Positions 37,882 to 50,500 of a DNA stretch of 64,000 nucleotides are shown here, one piece after another. The DNA comes from Takakia lepidozioides (taxonomy: Eukaryota > Plantae > Bryophyta). Position 1 is the first letter of the stretch. Every line of letters starts with the position of its first letter. Both the position numbers and the translations under genes were made by a program. The stretch lies in NCBI GenBank assembly GCA_030704615.1, contig CM060732.1, positions 35,836,001-35,900,000 of the forward strand, read 5' to 3'. A model generated the notes under the pieces. That model did no database searches and was not told the DNA's origin. It was given only the letters and a program-made list of their open reading frames with translations.

Positions 37882-38739
37882 TGCTCGCCACTTTGTGCAA
37901 ATTTGAGCCGCTAGATGTCCATCCGAGGGCCACCGACGACGCGTGCGCTTTTGTCTGAATTTGAATTTGAAATTGGTGGCCATCATCCACGTTTTTCATC
38001 CCATCGTCGATGCTTTTCCTCCAGTAGCTGGTGCTTTGCGTTTCCCCTGTTTTACATCCAAGTGCCCTGACTGAAATGTTCTGGGTTTCCTTTCGTGGGA
38101 GAATGAATGCTGGGAAGCCAAAGGTGGTCCAAATGATGATCATCGTTAAAAACCCTAGGGAATACCAAAGAGGCAATCATTTGTAATGTGTTACAATTCA
38201 ATTGGTCACATACACTCTATTACACCTCCAGAGTAGAGAAAATGTAACACATATAGATATTTAACCCCTTTTTGATTGAAAGCCCATTTCCTTTAAAAAA
38301 AGATGGTGTGGCGGAGGAGCTCCGCAGTCCGCGGTGAGAGAGAGAGACCCCCAACGATCTCTTCGTCTCTCTCGACGCATCGCCATCTTCATCGATTCCG
38401 GCTGGACTGTACCAACAGTCCATCAGGACGATATATGTTGTCCTAACCTTTTCCCTTTGCACTAAGTTTCAATCAGATCTGCTCTTTGCACTTGTTTTAA
38501 GCTTCATGCACTTGTTTTAACATCATCCCTTTCCTAAAATCATCTCCTTCACATATTAACATCCCTATAAGTCCTTCACTGTCCTGACCAGCCATCTTAA
38601 CTTCTAAGGCAGTTTGCGGCGCTATTCATTTTCCTCTTGCTTCCCACGCCTCTGCTAAAGCCGTCACCTTCAAGTCCTATAATTTCACCCCTGCCACCTG
38701 GTCGGCTCCCCCAGCTGCCATCCCCCCCGCTACTCTACC

Positions 38740-41700
38740 TGTTGTAAATGAGGACAACTAGGCTTACTATCTTTACTAGTTAGATTAGTTGTATCTGCGT
38801 AGGCTTATCAGTTTGGTCTTTATTGTTTATCCTGTAGTTAGCCTTGTCAGCTTTGTTTTGTGCCTTACATTCTAGGGATAGATTCACTGTAGCTAGCTAC
38901 ATCTGTCACAGGGTGGCGCACCCTCCCTTCAACCTTATGTATATCTTTGGGGTGTTACTGGAGCCCTCCCCATTCTCTTAGATTATGTTTTTCTCCTCAT
39001 GGTATCAGAGCACAGGATGTGCTCTCCTGGGAACTAGAGAGGGACTGACCTAGGTGATAGATGTATTCCAGAGCGGGGACACCTCTGGAGCGAGTTAGCA
39101 GAGAGAGAGAGAAACGCCAGCAAAGCTAGCGAATTAGTTTTTTTTTTTAAAAGCAGAGAACTAGTTAGTGAGGGAACTCCTAAACTAGCTCGACACCAGC
39201 CATGGAGTTAGCACGTTTGTTTGGCGATTACGACAAATTTGACAGTTCTAAAAACTACATCAATTGGAGTGCTCGTGTGCAGACCTTACTTGAACGAGAT
39301 GAAGTCTGGGACGAACTAAACTTTTACTGGTGAAAATGTTGACGATGATTTTGCTGAGGATGATGCAGGTGATGTAGCTGTCAACGAAGGTGGTGACGTC
39401 AATGCTCCTATGCAACCTCGATATACTCCTCAGCAAATCCGACGTTTTAAAGTAAAAGCTCGTTCTATTCTGACTGCTACAGTCAAGGACAAGTTTTTGC
39501 CTACAATTCGTCAGTATGCTAACGATCATGTTGAATGCTGGAATCACTTCAAACAGCGCTTCGAAGGTGATTTGATTCAACGTCAGCTTCTTTTGGAGCA
39601 GCAGTTACAAGCCATAAAAATAACAGATGGCACAACCATCAAGGATTACCTCAAGGAAGTTGATGACCTCTCTTCTCAACTGGCGGCCATCAACGCTGTT
39701 GTTGACAGCGTTCGTCTCATACATATTGTTCTTCGTGGGCTCCCATTGAGTTGGGGTCCATTTATCTCCAGCTTCGGCTTTGATCTGTCTCGGCAACCCG
39801 CACCGACTTATAGCAATCTGGTGGAACGTCTCCAAGCCGAAGAATACTGGAGGAAAGGCAAACAAGAAGAAGTCGTTGAACATGCTATGATGGCCTCTCG
39901 CTTTCGGGCCCCACAGGTGGAAGAGCTCACGGGTATCGTCCATCTACTCCAACTCACCGTGGTTTCTCACGACCTAGTCCTGACCGTGGACGTCGTGTAG
40001 TTGGGGCATGCAACTATTGTGCTAAGCATGGACACTGGGAAGCTGAGTGCGAACTGAAAAAGCTTGATGATTAGATCTCACAGCTATGGCTCCGAGCTTC
40101 CAATCTCCGCAGAGTGAAACCACAAGCTAATTTAGCTGAAGCATATGATGACTATGAAAAAAGGTTGGTGACTTCTCTGAAGAAATTTTAGCTAGCTTTA
40201 CAGAGTTAGGACTTGATCAGCGAGACTGGTACATGGACTCCGGTGTAAGTAACCATATTACCGGTGATAAAGCAGCCTTGTCCGAATTTGTGCCTAGCTC
40301 GTCTAATCCATCTGTAACCACAGCTGGCAGCTCCAAGCTTCCCATTTTGGGCAAGGGCATCGCAAATGTTGATAATAAAGTTGTACGCAATGTCGTCCCG
40401 GGTGCACATAAGAATCTCATGTCTGTTGGCAAGCTAACAGATGTTGGGCATCTTATTCTTTTTTTATTCCAAAGCTTGTTATGTGTTTAATCCTCAGCTT
40501 GTTGCTTTCCAAGCTACTCGAAATCCACGTAACAACTTGTACCGTCTTTCTGCTACATTGCCTGGCCAACACAAGCATCGATATTCACAAGGCATCACTT
40601 CTCTTCCTTCATTCAATCATTGTCGTCCACATACAGCTCGGGATTTGTTACACGAGGTTGTTTCAGAACCACCCCAAGTTCTTGAAATTACACAAACCAA
40701 TACCGATGTGGTCGATCTTTGGCACAGGTGGCTTAGTCATCTTCATTTCCAATCGGCTTATCATATGACGACTAAGGAGCTAGTCACGGGGATTCCCAAA
40801 CTTCCATTGGCCAAACGAACATGCACCTCTTGCATAGTTGCTAAGCAGCATCGCGAAAGGATTCCTAAACGGGCGCAAACACAAACAACCCAACCATTTC
40901 AGCTGGTACATTCGGACTTATGTGGACCAGTAAAAACGACTACTTCTGCCAAGTATGTTTTAACATTTATTGACGATTACTCTCGCTTTAGTTGAGTGTA
41001 TTTTCTCGCTAATAAAATTGAAGCTTTTGCTCATTTTAAGGAGTTCAAGGCCATGATTGAAAGTCAATTCCAGTCGAGAATTTCCTGTCTGAGGACAGAT
41101 CGTGGTGGCGAGTATATGTCTCATGACTTTCTTCAATACTGCCACTACCTTGGAATTCGTCGCCAATTGACTGCTCCCAGCACCCCACATCAAAATGGTG
41201 TTGCTGAGCGGAAGAATCGGACTTTGCTCGAAGCTGCTCGTGCTATCTTCATAGACTCCAAATTCCCCAGTTTTCTCTGGATGGAAGCTATTCGTGCTGC
41301 TGCCTACGTCCTCAACCGTTGCTGTACTCGGGCTCTACATCTCAAAACCCCTTCTCAACGGTAATAAACCCAACTTTTCTCATCTTCGTGTTCTCAGATG
41401 TACTGCCTTTGTCCATATTCCATCTCAATTTAGGTCCAAACTTCAGGCTAAGGCAGTTTAGGCAGTTCTTGTTGGTTATGATACTCAAACAAAAGGCTAC
41501 CGGTGCTACAATCCACTCCGTCGTCGAATTCTCATTAGCCCGAATGTCACTTTTGTTGAAGAGTCGCCTGGGGATTTCCAGCATGTGCCTCCTCTTCCCA
41601 CATTCTTTGATGAATTGTTGCATGTTCTTGGTCCGGATCAGGCTCACCCTCGTGAGCCAGAGAGGGAGATTGCCCAAGAACATCATCAGCATGAACAGCC

Positions 41701-43737
41701 TGAACCAGAGCAACACTTTGAAGCTGCTACTGATGAGGACAGGCCTTCATTGGAACCTCAGCAGCAGATTGATTTCTCAGCCTCTACAGCAAATACTAGC
41801 CAACGACCTATGCAGCCTACTCGTCGTTCTACCAGAGCATCAAGAGGAAAAATTCCGAATAAGTACAATGATTTTGAGCTCTACTTACCAGATGACATTG
41901 CAATGCGGGAAGAATTTGAGTCTCTGCTGAAGAACAGGACTTGGGAGCTGACTGAGTTACCAGCGGGTAGACGTCCACTGTCGGCCAGATGGATTTATAG
42001 AGCTAAGCCCATCAATGACATCAACAGTCCAACCAGGACTCGTTTCAAAGCACGACTTGTGGCTAGAGGCATAGAGCAACACGGCATTAATTACAAAGAA
42101 ACTTTTGCTCCAGTTGTTCGCTGGTCAACTTTGAGGGCTATACATAGCGATGGCAGTTGCTGCTGGGTGGCCAATTTCACACATGGACGTTGTTATTGCT
42201 TTTCTTAATGGAAACCTTGAAGAAGTAATCTACATGCAGCAACCACTGGGCTTTGAAGAAAAAAGACTTGAGCATTTGGTATGCAAGTTAAGGAAATCTT
42301 TGTATGGGCTAAAGCAATCTCCACGTGCATGGTATCACGAGATTGACTCATTTCTGAGAACTGAAGGCTGGATCCGCAGTGACCGAGACCCTAACCTATA
42401 CTATTTGGAAGAAGGATCAGCTGTTGTTTTCCTGCTTCTGTACGTCGATGATCTCTTGATTACAGGAAATGATGCCTCAAAAATTTCTCAGGTAAAGCAG
42501 CAACTTCAAAATAAATATGAGATAAAGGATCTCGGTGAGATCACTAAGTACCTTGGCGTTGAGTTTGCTCGCACAGATCAAGGGATGCTAATGCATCAAC
42601 GTACATATGCTCAACAAATTTTGAAGGACCAAGGCATGGAAGATTGTAGGATGGAGCACACACCACTTCCCGATGGATTTGTAACTCAATCTGAAACGGG
42701 CACTGCTCCGGTTGATATTACTGAGTATTGCCAATTGGTGGGAAAATTGTTGTTCTTAACTAACACTCACCCATACCTTTCATATGTTGTCGGATTGGTG
42801 GCTCGGTTTATGTCAAAACCACATCAACAACATATGGAAGCAGTATATCACATTCTACGCTATGTGAGGAAAACAATGGACTACGGCCTTTTCTTCCAAT
42901 GCAGCCCCAATCTCACTCTCGCTGGCTATTCGGATGCTGATTATTTGGGTTGCTTAGAGATTTGACGCTCTACTGGTGGTTCTGTGTTCACGATGGTCAA
43001 GCAAAAGGCAAGCCACCGTTTCAGACAGCACTATAGAAGCCGAATATAAAGCTTTGTCTGAAGCCACAAAGGAAGCAGTCTATCTTAGAAGGCTATTACA
43101 GGAATTAAAGGCCTTATCTACCATTGCAGTCTCACTCGAATGCAAAAATGTGCAAATCCAGTCGGATCTCTCCAAGGCCTCCATTCCTACCCTGCAGGAT
43201 CTTCACTTGAATTGCGACAATCAAGGTTCTATTAAATTGGCACTCAATCCCGTTTTTCACGCACGTACCAAGCACATAGAAGCGAAACATCACTTCATAA
43301 GAGAACGAATACTAGAAGGCGAGGTGAAACTCAAACATGTTGCCAGCGACGAACAACATGCAGACATTTTTACTAAACCTGTAGGCAGACAACTGTTTGA
43401 GAAGCATCGTCATTTTATTGGTGTTTGATCCTTATCTCATCTCTCTGTTGTTTCTGGTGCCTGGCTGTAGAGAGGGTGTTGTAAATGAGGACAACCAGAC
43501 TTACTATCTTTACTAGTTAGATTAGTTGTATCTGCGTAGGCTTATCAGTTTGGTCTTTATTGTTTATCCTGTAGTTAGCCTTGTCAGCTTTGTTTTGTGC
43601 CTTACATTCTAGGGATTAGATTCACTGTAGCTAGCTACGTCTGTCACAGGGCGGCGCACCCTCCCTTCAACCTTATGTATATCTTTGGGGTGTTACTGGA
43701 GCCCTCCCCATTCTCTTAGATTATGTTTTTCTCCTCA
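38740..43737 (+). mobile_element. Full-length but defective Ty1/copia LTR retrotransposon
   Basis: LTRs 38740-38999 and 43477-43737 (TG..CA; 4 transitions and 1 indel). TSD CTACC at 38735-39 and 43738-42. PBS TGGTATCAGAGC at 39000, PPT AGAGAGGG before the 3' LTR. Order gag-PR (DSG)-IN (VHSDLCGP, RTDRGGEY, ERKNRT)-RT (YVDD)-RH (ADIFTK), with several frameshifts and stops. Confidence 0.97.
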
Positions 43738-45030
43738 CTACCTCCACTAAGCTCTTCTTCTCGCTCCCTCGTCACCAGCTCTCACTGCCTCTAGCTTGCA
43801 TCGCTCAGCTCAGCTCAGCTCAGCTTCCTCTACCGCCACCTTCATCTACTATCTTACTCCATCCCTCACCATGGGGCCATTCAACACATCCCACCTAGGG
43901 CACATCAGTAAGCGATGGAAACGCTCCCTCGCGGGACCCTCCAGAATACCACATTCGTTTCGCCCGCAACCCATTTCAGGAACGGGATTTTTTCGACCAG
44001 CTCAGTCGTCCTTTCCTCCGCAACCTCGGCTAATGGAGTCCACCCAGCACGGGCGTGCATTATTGTCCCTGCAGTTCCACCTCAGGCTCAATCGGGTAGA
44101 CCACCCTTCAAAATTCAGCCACAAGCGGAACCACCAAATAGCGACGACCTCTTGGATCTCATCCACGAAGGGTCAGAAGAGCAGGAGGCAATGTCTGGAG
44201 AATGTCCCATGGCTGATATCGACATCGATGATCTCTTAATCAGGCTGACTGAATTTGATTCTTTTAGGATCTCTTAGGAAAGTAGGGATACCAGATTTTT
44301 TGTGCAAATGGGTCATCATTCGCTTACAAAAATCCTTAGGTAGAGTCATAGTTAACGGTCACGTTCCTTCTCCTCCCTCTTCATAGATTGGTTAGACAGT
44401 GCCCCCAGCTCCCTTCCTTTTTCTCTTTGTCGCTGACTCTCTTGGCTACAGTGAGCATCCAATCAGCTCATTAGAGGCCTCCACATCACCAAATATCTTA
44501 CCTCTCAACCTGTCGAGCTCAAAAGATCCATGTTTGTAGACGATACGTTCCTCATCCTTCAAAGCAACCCCCAGAGAACCTTCGGGGGAAGCGGAAAGCA
44601 GCATCCACTTCTCTATTCCAAGAGAATTGCGGCCTCTTACGGGACTGGTCACTACTGATTGATCCTCAGATGAAATTACGGAGAAGGGCTGTAATTTGCT
44701 TAATCTGGTTCGTGTTTGGTCTCCAAGATGCCGCAAAATACAATATGCCTCCAGAAAGAACCTGGTTGGCCACGAGGGCCCTACCGGTGATTGAGAGGTG
44801 TTTAGAGCCCCAGAAGGTCAGCTTTCTTTTAAATTTGGCGTAGGTAGGGCCAAATATCTGGTCATCTGAGAGACCCACACCAACTGTGTAGCCCAGGAGC
44901 GTGTGGTCTGTCCCGGCAGCAGCCACGAGAGGCCCATTTGCAAACCCCAGGTAGGGTTGGGTCCAAGAGTAGATCTAGAGAGGTCCCTGTGAGGATGGCA
45001 CAGGTTTTGGCCCAGTTGACCTTGAACCCT
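43738..45030. mobile_element. L1-like LINE remnants (host of the copia); RT pieces on both strands
   Basis: The plus strand at 44340-44650 encodes APFLFLFVADSLGY and MFVDDT. The minus strand at 45030-44660 encodes SGFKVNWAKT and LTFWGSKHLSITGRALVANQVL. Both are homologous to the L1 at 50.0-50.7 kb. Confidence 0.75.
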
Positions 45031-45723
45031 GATGCTTATCTTTAGGATAATTATTGGTCCCCTCTCCAAGTGGGGGTGCACACATGGGGGGGAGTCTCCA
45101 TCAAGGTATTCATGTGTGGGTGCCAAAGGCAGTTTTATGGGTTCAAATCCCACCCATGCAAAGCCGGTTGCTGGCACAAATGGGGGGGGATGCAAAGATG
45201 AGAGTGAAACAGATCTGTCTTACACATTTTGCTGGAAAATTACAGGCCCCCAAGTAGTGGGCTCAATCTGCGATTTGACCCCCTATTTGACCATCATGAG
45301 ATTTTTGGCCATTTGGCATGATTCTTGCTTCGTTGGATGCACGATGTCCATGGAGATACAACCCCTCCCTACCACAGGGCCGGCTCGATTCAAAATCCGT
45401 CATCAAATTTCCAAAAAGCCCATACATATGTAGTATCCTTTTCTTTAAGACTGGCCCAAAAATGGGGCCCCAAACCCAACGGTGGGAAATTGCGAGATCT
45501 TCACTAATTGGCCCCTAATTTGGACAGACTATGCGGTAGGTATATGGCGTCAGAATTTTTGTCAATTTTTTTTCCGATGAGTTAAATTACGGGATTTTGT
45601 GGAAGGGGTCCTTTTTTGGTGTTTTTACAAAAACGGAATGCGGGCGTTTAAGGGTTAACCTCATAGTTAATATCATACTTTTAGGCGCGTTCCAAGGACG
45701 ACCACTAGACCACACTATACAAC

Positions 45724-46362
45724 GGAAGATAATAGGAATAATGTAAGAACTTAATGCACACGTGCAACCTCTGACGGGATGGTACGCCGGTTTCCAGCAT
45801 GTCAAATCTTCCCCACCCTCTCTTGATAGTGACATGGAACTGAAGAAGTGTAAACTCCAGTCGGGGTTACACGACGAGGTGTGTAGCTCCACTTGGGGTT
45901 ACATCGGGTTACACAACGAGGCGTGCAAATCCACTCGGGGTGACACAGAATGGAGTGTAACTCCAGTCGGTGTTGGTGTACCCACACTTGGTCTCGAAAT
46001 TTGACTAAGTCCAAATGTGGCTAAGTATAAAATGGACTAACCAGAGTTACATGAAAAACCAGGGTTACAAAAGGTTACACCAATTGGAGGGATACACCGG
46101 ACCAGGATTACACCACAAGAGACTCCCATCAAGAATTGAACCCATAACCTCACTGCCGTCAATGCTATCAACTTACCGTCCCGCTACCCACCATAGCTTA
46201 AAACCCACTTGGATTCTTAAGTATTTAATAGTGAAACTGAGGTAAGAGGGGGTGGGGAGAATTTGACAGGTGCCCCGCCGGAGGAGCCCAGGTTGAATAT
46301 GGCGAAAGTACTGTTAGATCATACGCGTCCATTAAGTTCTTACATTATTCCTATTGTCTTCC
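45724..46362. mobile_element. Non-autonomous Mutator-like element with long TIRs
   Basis: TIR GGAAGA(T/C)AATAGGAATAATGTAAGAACTTAATG.. at 45724-45763 matches 46323-46362 at 37/40, with weaker similarity extending to about 100 bp. The 9-bp flanks are CTATACAAC and CTATACACC. Confidence 0.8.
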
Positions 46363-46835
46363 CTATACACCCTAGCTTTTGCCATGCATATGCCTCCATT
46401 ATCTGTGTTGTTGTTTACTACGGCTTTGCCCGTAGATCTTACTAATTCATGGGCTTTCAATCTCGGTGGCTGAACTCATATGCCCAATTTCATCCTTCAC
46501 AATTCATATTATAGAAATCACATTCTACCATGATAGATATCCAGACCAATCGATTAGGTATACACGTGACAAATATAAACTGCTCATACTTGCCCTTCGC
46601 CCCAACATGGATGGAGTACGGTCCCCTCACTATTATTACTGCAGGTGTTAGGGGAGGTATGCATAATCATAATATCCACATCCCGAAAGAAAACCTCAAA
46701 TTGTCTCTTAAATACACCATACCCCTTCTACGCACCATATTTTTTATAGTTATCCCATAACTCACATCTCTAATCCTCCACAAGTGCAAGATTGAAAGTG
46801 GCCAACTTGCCACTATGTGATTGGTTTCAAAGGTG

Positions 46836-47020
46836 ATGTTTGTTTGTTTTGTTTTGTTTTGTCTTGAGCATGCGTAAGGCTTCCGCCCCGAATCTTGATA
46901 CCATTGGAAATCCCTCGATGAGTAGGGGTGCATTAAGCAGTTTCAGAACTTTTGGACCTGTAGGTGGGAGAGATTTTGAATTACAAGTATATATTGTCAT
47001 TGAAAATTTATGAAAACAGC
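46836..47020 (+). repeat. Dispersed repeat, second copy at about 57852-58030
   Basis: Shared core CTTG(A/G)TACC(A/G)TTGGAA..CCCTCGATGAG(T/G)AGGGGTGCA..TGGACCTGT(A/G)GTG.GAGA. Confidence 0.7.
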
Positions 47021-47599
47021 AATTTTTTATTTTTTTTGGGAATATTGTGCCTTTATTTGTCTTTTGGTGCATAAAGCTGATACATGCAAAAGGACACATG
47101 ATTTTTGGTGTGATATTTATATGTTCTTATTTTCATCGAGTTGAATATTAGTGCAAAAATATTTAGTAGTTGACACATATTTAACCCACAAACATGATAA
47201 GAAGTCTGTTTTTTTTCCATCGATGAACTTTTGGATGCAACATTTGTGACACACTACATTGTAGATGTCGACGTGATAATCAATCATAGAGTTAAATATT
47301 CCAATTGCATACACAAATTCTTTGGCCCACATCAACATCCTAGAAATCATCGAAGAATTTTTTCAACTAAAAAAACCAAAAAATGCCGGCGGAAGCCGAT
47401 GTAACTAAACGTCGTTTTAGCTTTCGGCTACTGACTACTTTTGAGGGTGGTGTGATTTCAAACTATATATTACTATTACATTATCGACATATTACAGTCA
47501 AAGATACGTTTATTTGACAACGAACCAACTTAATTGTGACGCACGGACTTGACAAAATCATAAAAATAATTCATTATTTAGGACTTTGGAATCATTTGG

Positions 47600-50500
47600 A
47601 GATGGAGGCGGAAGTGGAGCTCTGCGTTTTGCAGTGAGTGAGCAGGCCTTGCCAACGTTTCTCCCTCAGGCATCCTCGGCAGCTCCTTGCACAATCGCAG
47701 TCTTCTCACCGCGCAACCTCCTCGCAATCACACTAAGCATCATCGCCTTGTCTTCGGTGTACTCCACGCACCCCCTGAATCATTTTAACCCATCATCATC
47801 CCTAGCTCCCTCCCACCGAAAGAACCCATCCAACCTTCTAAACAAGCTTCGTTCTCTCATAAACCTCTCCCCTTCATCCCCTTGTCACCTTCAAACTCTC
47901 CACTAATGAAGATAATCAAATCTCCGAATGTAGATCGTCTTGTAGTAGGACTGTCCCTCAAATCCATGATAACCTCTATCCCGCCAATCGAAATCCTCAC
48001 CCTTACATCTAAGTTATGATAGCAGCCCAGCTCTGGCTTCATCCTCCAAAGCAACCGTCACCTTCACGAATTACATATACGTTTGGCCCCGCCAGCCTTC
48101 GCATCCACCCTCCCAATCCCTCTCATCTCTCTCAGGTCCCATCGTTGTTCGCTCTCAAAGCACGCTCACGCTCACGCTGTTTTGTGTTTCCTGCCAACCT
48201 CGCCCGACGGATCCTCGCTGCATTCTATCTCTTACTTCCTTACGTTATCTAAACTGCTTTTCCTCTTCTTCTACACCCCTTCAATCCGTCTTCATTCATG
48301 GGGTCCTAAATTCAACAGTCTTCAAGCCAGCTCCTCCAAGGACTGGGCCTTCCAGGTTGGGTCAATTTCGTCGCAGGCTTCCTCCCACAGATTTTCAGGA
48401 GGAAGCCGTCTCCAGCCTTTCTGGTTGGAGCTAGGGATGGAATGCACTTTGACTCTATCTGGATCACTACCCAAGATGTCCCAAGCTTCATTGCAAAATG
48501 CCCTATGGACAGTAGTCCCATCCCCACCATTTGCAACAAAATCCAGGAGTACCTCAAATACGGATTCCTAGCTTACTCCCTACCCTCTCAATCGTCGGTC
48601 ACTTGGGGCACTTATGTTGAGGCCTTTCCGGACTTATGCGAGGACCTCTCACCCCATACCCACATTCTGGCACTATTGGATGAGGCTCAACTAATGCCCA
48701 ATCAAGGTACACTTCCAGGGGTCTGGGCTGAGCCCACTCACTTTCATGACTTTGCGCATCCTCCAAGGCTCTGACTAGAACAAAAGACACCATCGATCGG
48801 CAATGCTTTCACTATTTTTTATGCAATTCTGGAGTCTGAAGTCGACGAGGAAAACGAAGCAATTGAAAGACAACGCCTCGCCGAGCCTCTCAACCCGTCG
48901 TACGACCCCATTGGTTCCATGTTCACCTCCACTTCTTCCGACATACAGCTTTCTCAGCCTTGCACACAGCGTGCTCCTATCTCCTCCCAATTGTCTTTTC
49001 ACAACGTCCGCCCTCAACAGGCCTTGCAAGACATGCTGGCATCCCCAACTCCTGCACCGTTTGTAAGTCCCCTAAACACCAACCCTTCAATCCCATAGCT
49101 TATCTTTGCTACCTAGAAGCTCGGGCAAATCTGGACACCTACCATCTCCTTCAAGACAGAAGAATGAAGATGCAAGCAGGCATCAACTGGTCCACTAAGG
49201 GTGAAAAATGTCCAAATACTTCTTCCAGAAAATGAAACAACGGAGGGCCCTTCAACTTATATCGGAGCTGTACACTGGCAATGACGGGTCCAAATCTAAC
49301 AACCCCAAGAACATGTGTGCCTCGGCGTTCCAACACTTTCAGACCCTATTCAAAGCCGACCCCAAATTGCCCCGTTACATGGATCACCTGCTCGAGTGTC
49401 TATAGACTATTCCCCGATCCGTACAACCTGGTAGTTGCCCTACCCTGGAAGATTTGCTCACCCCTCTGGAGCTTCGTCGTGCTCTGGATCAAATGAATAA
49501 CAATAAAGCTCCAGGGATTGATGGCATGCCGGCCGAATTCTACAAAGCATGGATGTGGTCAACTATCTCGGCGGATTTTTGCAACATGGCCAATGCTATC
49601 AAAGCAGCATGCCACATGCCAGAGACTATGACTTAAGGAGTTATGACCCTCTTGCACAAAAAGGGGGACAGGGCCTGCATAGGCAACTACATATTACCCT
49701 CCTTAACGTGGCCTATAAAATTATTGCCAAATACCTCGCTCTCAGACTTCAGCCACTGCTCCCCTCAATCATCCGTACAGGTTAGGCAGGGCTCATAAAG
49801 AGCAGATACATTCTCGACAATGTGTTGCTAGCCCATGAGGCCTCGTCATACGCTGCTTCAACTAACCAGACGCTTGCCCTATGGCTCCTCGATTTTGAAA
49901 AAGCTTTCGATAGAGGCGATTGGGGCTTCCTCCTAGCAGTCCTACGCAAAGCAGGGCTCCTAGACTCCTTCTACCACTGGGTTCAGATCCTTCTACCACT
50001 GGGTTCAGATCCTTCTCCGAGGGGCCTCAAGTAGAGTAACAATTAATGGTTACCTTACCAAGCCATTCCCTCTCCAGAGGTTGGTAAGGCAGGGATGCCC
50101 CCTCGCTCCCTTCCTTTTCCTTTTTGCGGCGGATACGCTAGGTTACATGCTTGACAATAATCTCCTAGTCCAAAGGATTAAGACTACACAATCCCAAAAC
50201 CCAGACAAGTGAATGATTCCATGTTCGTGGATGACACTTTTCTGCTTTTAGAGGCTACCCCTGTGACCCAGGTTGCAGCGGAACAAACACTTCTTGACTT
50301 TTGTCGAGTTTCAGGCTTCAAAGTCAACTAGACCAAAACAAAAGCTCTACTGATAGGAGATCCATCCAAGTCTGCAATAGGGGTAGCACCCACATGGGGA
50401 GGTCATTTGGGATTAGTCTAGCTTAAGGAAGGTGAGCCTACCACCCTCCTGGGACACACCTTTGGCATCAATCTCACAGAAGAACAGAGGATGGGCCCTA

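Noticed and set aside
39200-43430. Many copia frameshifts despite ~98% identical LTRs
   Set aside because: Roughly compatible with the LTR divergence over 4.4 kb or with consensus indel errors. Not evidence of a special mechanism.
45110-45160. B-box/T-loop GGGTTCAAATCCC suggesting a tRNA or SINE
   Set aside because: No convincing A-box, D arm or anticodon arm, so a cloverleaf cannot be built.
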